A stretch of DNA of 64,000 nucleotides, taken from positions 448,001 through 512,000 of the forward strand of contig CBDFJQ010000002.1 of NCBI GenBank assembly GCA_965248575.1. The letters run 5' to 3'. How positions within the stretch are numbered: position 1 is the stretch's first letter; the number at the start of each line of letters is the position of its first letter. Under the pieces are notes generated by a model, which saw only the letters and a program-made list of their open reading frames with translations, was not told the origin of the DNA and ran no database searches. This document shows, one piece after another, positions 58,362 through 64,000 of this stretch. This DNA is from Planctomycetota bacterium. GTDB lineage: Bacteria > Planctomycetota > B15-G4. A program made the translations under genes and the position numbers.

Positions 58362-59903
58362 GTGAGCTGCACCGTGACCTTGCTGGATTGCTCTTCCGTC
58401 CGCCGCCTGGCCTGCCTGGGTGTCTTGGGCTGGGTCGTGGGCGTGTCGTCCTCCTGTCGTGCTCCGGCTGGCCCGGCACCCTTCGAACTGCCCCGCCTGC
58501 AGGTTTCCACGAGCCACCGATTCGGGGCTCTCTTGAGCGGAGCGATCCCCAGCGCCGAGGTGCGCGAGGAAGGTCGCGACTTGCAGGGGCCCGACCTCGC
58601 CGTCAGTGTGCGCTGGTTCGTGCTGGGTGAGTTGCCACAGGGCTTGGGGGCAGAGGGTCTGGCCACACACGCCGAGGTCGTCGCGCGCGTGGGTGGCGGG
58701 CGTGCCTTGGCTCCGACCCCGCGTCTCGGGCGATACGCCGTGGTCCTCTCACCGGAGCAGGGAGGCGACCCGGTCGCGCAGCTTCAGCAGCTCCTGCCGC
58801 AGCGGATCCAAGAAGTGCCGTCCCTACCTGCTGCGCTCGCCGCCGGCCTAACGGCTGCTTTCGAACTCTCGGACCCCGCCGCCGCTCGCCTGTTGGAGCG
58901 GGGTGTGGCGGGAACGGCTTCTGTGCGGGTGTTGGTGCATGCGGGCATGACGGACCCTGCAGGGCCTCCCGCAGTGCGCGTTGCCCTCGAGCTCACCGGT
59001 TGGTTGCCTCAGCAGGCGCTGGATGAAGACAGCGGGCAGGGGGCAGCGACGTCCTCTCGGCGAGCGGCTCCCCAAGCCAGCAGCTCGTCTGCGTCCGAGG
59101 CTGAGATCGTGGAGCCCTTCCGCGAACTGATCGTCCTGGCTGACAGCGTTCCGGTAGACGGCACAGGTCTGCTGCTGGCCTTGCCGCTCAGTTTCGCCAG
59201 TGGTACGGCACAGGGAGTTGCTGTCCTGCTCGACGTGCGTTCAGCCCCGACGCATGAGGTGGACCCGGGAGGGCTCTTTGCCGAAGCCCTGGACAGACGG
59301 CGCAGCGAGTTGGACAGCGCCGTGTCGGCACCCGAAGCCAGCGCTGCCACCTTTGTGGGATTGACCGAGGCGTTCGTGAGTCTGGAGACGCCGTCGATGT
59401 GCCGGGCGGCACTGGCACACCTCGCACGACGGACCCACGCGAAGCTCACGGCTGACGTCGCGTTGGTTGTCCAGCAGGAGTTGCTGGATGACTATGTGGC
59501 GCAGTTCCTGGAGTCGAACCCACAGGGCCCGGAGCCCGGAGACGATGGTCGGCGCCTGGGTTGGGCCCTCGAACGGCAGACTCTTCAGTGGTTCTCCGTG
59601 CAGCTGACGCAGACGGCACCCCAGCTCGGGCTGGAGGCTGTGCTGCTGAGACACCTCGGCGAGACGGCCCGTCATCCCTCCTATGTGAAGCGCCTCGCAG
59701 ATCGCGTCGGGAGCCTGGAGGAGTTGGATGAGCGCATGGTCGAGCAGAACCTGATCTGGTTGGAGGACCCGTCGCCGGCTGCGCGCATCCGAGCCTTTGA
59801 TTGGCTCACAGAGCGGGGCAGGGCACCGCCAGACTTCGACCCGCTCGGCGCGCGCAGCGATCGTCGCGCCGCCTTGGCTGCCTTCCGAAAGGCCCAGTCC
59901 TGA
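58362..59903 (+). CDS. Hypothetical protein, possible lipoprotein (start uncertain)
   Basis: 513-aa ORF; hydrophobic stretch then SSSC; helical C-terminus; stop overlaps next ATG. Confidence 0.65.
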   Translation: MSCTVTLLDCSSVRRLACLGVLGWVVGVSSSCRAPAGPAPFELPRLQVSTSHRFGALLSGAIPSAEVREEGRDLQGPDLAVSVRWFVLGELPQGLGAEGLATHAEVVARVGGGRALAPTPRLGRYAVVLSPEQGGDPVAQLQQLLPQRIQEVPSLPAALAAGLTAAFELSDPAAARLLERGVAGTASVRVLVHAGMTDPAGPPAVRVALELTGWLPQQALDEDSGQGAATSSRRAAPQASSSSASEAEIVEPFRELIVLADSVPVDGTGLLLALPLSFASGTAQGVAVLLDVRSAPTHEVDPGGLFAEALDRRRSELDSAVSAPEASAATFVGLTEAFVSLETPSMCRAALAHLARRTHAKLTADVALVVQQELLDDYVAQFLESNPQGPEPGDDGRRLGWALERQTLQWFSVQLTQTAPQLGLEAVLLRHLGETARHPSYVKRLADRVGSLEELDERMVEQNLIWLEDPSPAARIRAFDWLTERGRAPPDFDPLGARSDRRAALAAFRKAQS

Positions 59904-62900
59904 TGAGCGCTTCCTCGCCCCAAGCTCAAGCGCTGAAGACGCTGAGCGTTCAGCCTCGCAAGAAGCGCAGCCGCCTACGCCGCGTGCTGATCGTGTTGGC
60001 TGTGATCCTGTTGGTTGCGCGCCTGAGCTTGAGCGTGATGCTCCCGGGTCTTGTTGCCGGCCTCGCCGAGGATTCAGGCCTGACATGTTCTTGGCGCTCC
60101 CTGGAACTCTCGTTCTTTGGCGGCGAGTTGGAGCTCTGGCATCTCACCTTGGACGAAGACCCTGGGCAGACAGGGGCTTCGCCGGACGTGGGGGACGAGA
60201 ACGCCTTGCTGTTCTTGGAATACGTGCGGGCCGACGTGGCGATGCTGCACCTCTTCGTGGGTGAGCTGGTGGTGCGCCGGGTCGAAGCAGACGGTGTGGA
60301 CGTGTTGCTGGAGTTGGATGAAAACGGTCAACCCAGGATCCTGGAGACGTTGGCTCGCGCCGAGGCGGCGGGAGACACGAGAGCCGAAGAGCCCGAGCCG
60401 GGACGCAGCGCCGAGGTCGCCCGAGGCGAGCCTGGCAAGGTCCCGAAGAACGGTGGGGAGCAGCTCACTGAGCCCGAAGCCTTCGATCCTGACGAACCCC
60501 TGCCGGCCCTCCTCCCAGCCATCGAGTTGGACGCCCTGCGTTTGCAGCATGTGCAGCTGCGGGTGCGCGAAACGGAGGGGGCGTCGCCCTTGGATCTCGG
60601 GCTTTCCCTGAACCTCCGGGTGTCCGACCTCTCGGCGCCGGAGCGTTCCACACGCCTCGAATTGACGATCCAGGCGTTGCCCACCCTTGATGTCTTGAGT
60701 GTCCGTGGCGAGATGAACGCCGTCGGGCGCACCCTGGACGCGCAGTTGCGCGTGGACATGCAGGGGCTGCAGTTGAGCACGCTCGGGCAGATCCTGGCGC
60801 CTCTCGGTGTGGAGCCCGTTGCCTTCCAGCAGGACTTCGGGTTCTCCGCAGCCGTTCATGTGCGACCGGCGGAGGGTGCGGGCAAAGAAGGAACGGGTCT
60901 CTCGCCCTTGGCCCTGGCCGTGTCGGCTCAGCTTGACGACCTCGCGCTGTCCGCTGATGGGGTGGAGTCTGCGGCGATCGACCAGGTGCTCGTGGAGGTT
61001 GCTGCACTGGATGGCGGAATGCTGGACGTGAGTCGCGTGCTCGTGCAGGGCGTTCGTGCCCACGCAGAGCTGCGGCCTTCTGGAGCACTGCGGGTGGCCG
61101 GGGTCGACCTTGGGCCCACGGCGGGCTCTGGGCGAGCCAAGCCGGAGCCGATCGAAGACGAGCCGCAGACCGACGCGGGGGCTGGGATGCAGTTGGCCCG
61201 CCTGAACGAGCTGGGGGTGCACGATCTGGAGCTGCGGTTCGTGGATTCCTCACTGCCTGACGCCCGGTCATTCGTGCTGAGCATGCCAGGCTTGGAGATC
61301 ATGGGTCTCAACGCCCAGGCGCCCGAAGAGGAGGCTCGCCTTTCGGTAGAACTTCTTTTGCCAGGCATCCTGGATCGCGTGTCGGTGATCGGCGCCCTGG
61401 CGCCCTTCGCCACTCCGCAGCGCTACACCCTGGCTGTAGATGGTGCGGGTCTGAACCCCGTCGCTCTGGACCCCTATCTCGGGCCGGCAGGCATCACACC
61501 CGACGGGGAACCGACGCAGCTACGCTTCGAGCTGGGTGCCGAGCTGAGCTCCGACGACACGGGCGTGGCAGCGGAGGCCTGGCTCAGGGATCTGTCCCTC
61601 CAAGGCGCCGAAACGTGGCTCGCCCTGGGCGAGGTGGCGCTGAGCGGCGTGCAGAAGCCAGCGGCTGGAGACAGCCTGCGCGTTGCGGAAGTTCGGGTGA
61701 GCGGGGGGCGGGTGTTTGCACGTCGTTCTCTCGACGGAAGCCTGGCGCTGTTCGGGATGCGAATGGGAGAGGCGCCAGCTGGCGATCCGTCGCGCTCCGC
61801 TGACGTCTCCGAGCCGCTCTCTGCGAACGCGCGGGCAGCGGGTTCCACACCAGGGTCTGCTGCGAGGACGGCTGTGACGGTGCCGGCGACGGCGGATCCT
61901 GGATCGGGTTCTGGATTCCGTCTCGAGCTGGGCCGCCTGCTTCTCAACGATCACGCTGTGGTCTTCGACGACGAACGTTACGGCCCCCTGAGCTTGGAGC
62001 ACGTGCGGGCCGTGGCGGGCCCGCTCCAATTCGGTCCGGGCGCCCTGGCTGGGACGAGCCAATTGCTGTTGAGCGGCGAGCTACCGGGCATCCTTGAGAA
62101 ACTCAAGCTGTCTGGCGAGCTGCTGACGAGCGAATCTCGGCTGGAACTGGGCCTGGATGTGGGCCTGAGCGGCATCACCGCCCAGGCTCTGGCGCCCTAT
62201 CTCGAACCCGCTGGGGTCGTGTCTGAACTCGAGGCAGGGCGCGTGACGGCCCGCGTGGATGTGGGCGTGGGTCTGCCCGACGAGCTGGCGGGGCGTGGCC
62301 TCACGTTGGACGCAAGAGTCTCGGATATCGTGTATGGCGATGGTGAACAACGCTTCCTCTCCGTCTCCGAACTGCGGGTGGATGGGCTGGAGGCAAGCAG
62401 AGGGCGCTTGGACCTGGCCCGGGTCGCTGTAGTGGGGCCGGTGCTCCGCGCTCGGCGTGCAGCGGACGGCAGCTTGGAGGTAGGAGGATTCCGGCTGGGT
62501 GAAGCTGCTGCTGAATCGGGTCGTGAACCTGATTCCGAGCCGGCTGCCGAACCGGGAACGTCCGAGGCGTCGCCGACATCAACAGCTCAGACCACGGCCC
62601 CGTCCCCGGCGACGGTCACAAGTCTTGATCGCCTGGATGTGAGCGGCGCCCGGGTGGAGTGGCAGGACGCAGGCGTCCAGCCGGCGGTCCAGCTTCAGGC
62701 GTCCTTGGATGCCCATGTGACCCAGCTGGTCTTGGGCGAGCGGGCGAGTCCGGCGGAGTACGCGTTGACGCTGGGTCTTCCTGGCCTGATGGAACGGCTG
62801 TCCTTGACGGGCCAGATCGCAGCCGGACCAGAGCAGCAACGTGTGCAGACAGTGCTCGATGTGCAGGGGCTCCAGGTGCGAGGCGTGCAGAGCTATCTGC

Positions 62901-64000
62901 CGCCGGAGCTGGTGATCCCTTGGTCCGACGGTCGCCTCTCTGCGGAGTTCGAGCTGCAGCACGGCCCGGCTGAGTCGGGTGGCAATTCGGTGCATGCGAC
63001 GCTGTCGAATCTCAGCTTTGGTGAAGCTGCCGAGGGTGCCGGTCACACGTCCTACTTTGGCGTGGAGCACCTGGCTCTGCGGGCTCCGCGCTTGGATCCC
63101 GAGGGTGGTCTGATCCACATCGAGTCGCTGGAGCTCACGGGCGTGACCGTGGATGGTGCGCAGCGGCCGGACGGCGGCTTGACCCTGTTCGGCATCGAGC
63201 TGTCGGCCCCGGTGTCCGAGGGCCAGGTGGACGTCGCCCAGGATGTCTCAGGCGCCGCCCCTGAGGCCGGGGACGAGGCCGGGGATGAGGCCGGTGAAGT
63301 GGCCGGTGAAGTGGCACAGGGAGCGACGTCCGGAAAGCCGGGCGCGTCCGAATTGCCTTCCACTCCTGACTCCATGGATGCGCCCGCCGTCGACTTGCCT
63401 GAGTTCCGGCTGGATCGCCTGGACCTGCAGCTAGCGCGCCTGCGCCTGGTGCGCAATGAGGGGCCCCCTTTGGGCATCTCCAACCTGCGCCTGCAGACTC
63501 TCGAGCCCATCGTGCAGCTGGGTGAAGACCCTGAATCCCAGGGCACGATCCATCTGGGGCTGACGGGGAGCGTCGAGCCAGACGCTGCCGAGTTGGCGCT
63601 GGATCTGAAGCTCGCACCCTTCGCACCGGAGCCGACGCTGCAGATGACCTTGGACGTCACCGAGCTGCGGGGGTCGGGCTTGTTGCAGTGGGCCCCGGGC
63701 CTGGAGCAGACGGTGGATGCCAGCGGTCTCACCGAGGGAGCCTTCCACGCCGGCCTCGAGCTGGTGGCGCACGTCGCTCGTCGATCCGCTCTCGAGCTTC
63801 GCTTGGAGGAGGGTCTGGGAGTGGAGGTGGCCCTGACCGATGTAGCGCTCCGGGAGCACCCGGACGGGGAGCCGACCCTGGGTGTGGACGAGGTGCTGCT
63901 GGACGTGGCGCGATTCGTGCCGCACACCGGCGGGCTGCACGTTCGCTCGCTGGAGATCCAGACACCCCGGGCCCATCTCGTGCAGCGCGCTGACGGCTTG
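59903..64000 (+). CDS. Very large AsmA/DUF748-like membrane-anchored beta-repeat protein; runs off the window (>1366 aa)
   Basis: ATG at 59903 (MSASSPQAQALKTLSVQPRKKRSRLRRVLIVLAVILLVARLSL...); same frame is still coding at 64000, and the ORF track lists no terminated ORF in this frame; recurring amphipathic beta motifs. Confidence 0.82.
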   Translation, partial: MSASSPQAQALKTLSVQPRKKRSRLRRVLIVLAVILLVARLSLSVMLPGLVAGLAEDSGLTCSWRSLELSFFGGELELWHLTLDEDPGQTGASPDVGDENALLFLEYVRADVAMLHLFVGELVVRRVEADGVDVLLELDENGQPRILETLARAEAAGDTRAEEPEPGRSAEVARGEPGKVPKNGGEQLTEPEAFDPDEPLPALLPAIELDALRLQHVQLRVRETEGASPLDLGLSLNLRVSDLSAPERSTRLELTIQALPTLDVLSVRGEMNAVGRTLDAQLRVDMQGLQLSTLGQILAPLGVEPVAFQQDFGFSAAVHVRPAEGAGKEGTGLSPLALAVSAQLDDLALSADGVESAAIDQVLVEVAALDGGMLDVSRVLVQGVRAHAELRPSGALRVAGVDLGPTAGSGRAKPEPIEDEPQTDAGAGMQLARLNELGVHDLELRFVDSSLPDARSFVLSMPGLEIMGLNAQAPEEEARLSVELLLPGILDRVSVIGALAPFATPQRYTLAVDGAGLNPVALDPYLGPAGITPDGEPTQLRFELGAELSSDDTGVAAEAWLRDLSLQGAETWLALGEVALSGVQKPAAGDSLRVAEVRVSGGRVFARRSLDGSLALFGMRMGEAPAGDPSRSADVSEPLSANARAAGSTPGSAARTAVTVPATADPGSGSGFRLELGRLLLNDHAVVFDDERYGPLSLEHVRAVAGPLQFGPGALAGTSQLLLSGELPGILEKLKLSGELLTSESRLELGLDVGLSGITAQALAPYLEPAGVVSELEAGRVTARVDVGVGLPDELAGRGLTLDARVSDIVYGDGEQRFLSVSELRVDGLEASRGRLDLARVAVVGPVLRARRAADGSLEVGGFRLGEAAAESGREPDSEPAAEPGTSEASPTSTAQTTAPSPATVTSLDRLDVSGARVEWQDAGVQPAVQLQASLDAHVTQLVLGERASPAEYALTLGLPGLMERLSLTGQIAAGPEQQRVQTVLDVQGLQVRGVQSYLPPELVIPWSDGRLSAEFELQHGPAESGGNSVHATLSNLSFGEAAEGAGHTSYFGVEHLALRAPRLDPEGGLIHIESLELTGVTVDGAQRPDGGLTLFGIELSAPVSEGQVDVAQDVSGAAPEAGDEAGDEAGEVAGEVAQGATSGKPGASELPSTPDSMDAPAVDLPEFRLDRLDLQLARLRLVRNEGPPLGISNLRLQTLEPIVQLGEDPESQGTIHLGLTGSVEPDAAELALDLKLAPFAPEPTLQMTLDVTELRGSGLLQWAPGLEQTVDASGLTEGAFHAGLELVAHVARRSALELRLEEGLGVEVALTDVALREHPDGEPTLGVDEVLLDVARFVPHTGGLHVRSLEIQTPRAHLVQRADGL
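63263..63316 (+). repeat. About 4.5 degenerate 12-bp units (EAGD EAGD EAGE VAGE VA) in an acidic linker
   Basis: gaggccggggac gaggccggggat gaggccggtgaa gtggccggtgaa gtggca. Confidence 0.85.

Noticed and set aside
1..64000. Many long antisense or alternate-frame ORFs (e.g. 4509-5918 -, 23964-25499 +, 27361-28779 -, 34218-36008 -, 37148-38953 -, 40035-41744 +)
   Set aside because: They shadow well-supported genes; strong GC3 bias depletes stops on the opposite strand, and the translations carry no motifs
1..64000. CRISPR array, tRNA/rRNA, IS, integrase, prophage or defence island
   Set aside because: No repeat-spacer pattern, RNA gene signature or mobile-element motif recognised; tandem repeats are short and mostly in-frame

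Overview
GC-rich, gene-dense bacterial chromosomal segment with about 45 genes. I recognised no rRNA, tRNA, CRISPR array, transposase, integrase or phage gene. Gene content (bacterial topoisomerase VI, DUF1570-like zinc peptidase, exported HEAT-repeat proteins, A|FTLIE prepilin-like protein, sulfatase-fold lipoproteins, futalosine-pathway mqnA) suggests a Planctomycetota genome; this is inference. Recognisable housekeeping genes: clpP, top6B/top6A, mqnA, lemA-TPM-TPM, acpS, a UvrD/Rep helicase, an ArsR-methyltransferase regulator plus metH behind a long palindrome, fxsA, thiC behind a TPP riboswitch, a stand-alone 5'-3' exonuclease, ppx, two-component genes, exbD and a DyP peroxidase. Best leads: (1) a >1366-aa AsmA/DUF748-like repeat protein missing from the ORF track, coupled to an unknown upstream protein; (2) a coupled zinc-peptidase + non-Ddl ATP-grasp ligase pair; (3) a topoisomerase VI operon with histone-H1-like tails on both subunits and an orphan gene between them; (4) a TPP riboswitch with a 20-nt expansion of P5/L5; (5) two collinear paralogous exported HEAT solenoids; (6) a secreted block-copolymer-like Tyr/Asp/Gly/Ser-Arg protein; (7) sulfatase-fold enzymes with Thr rather than Cys/Ser at the nucleophile. 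All calls come from motif recognition by eye; no searches were run.
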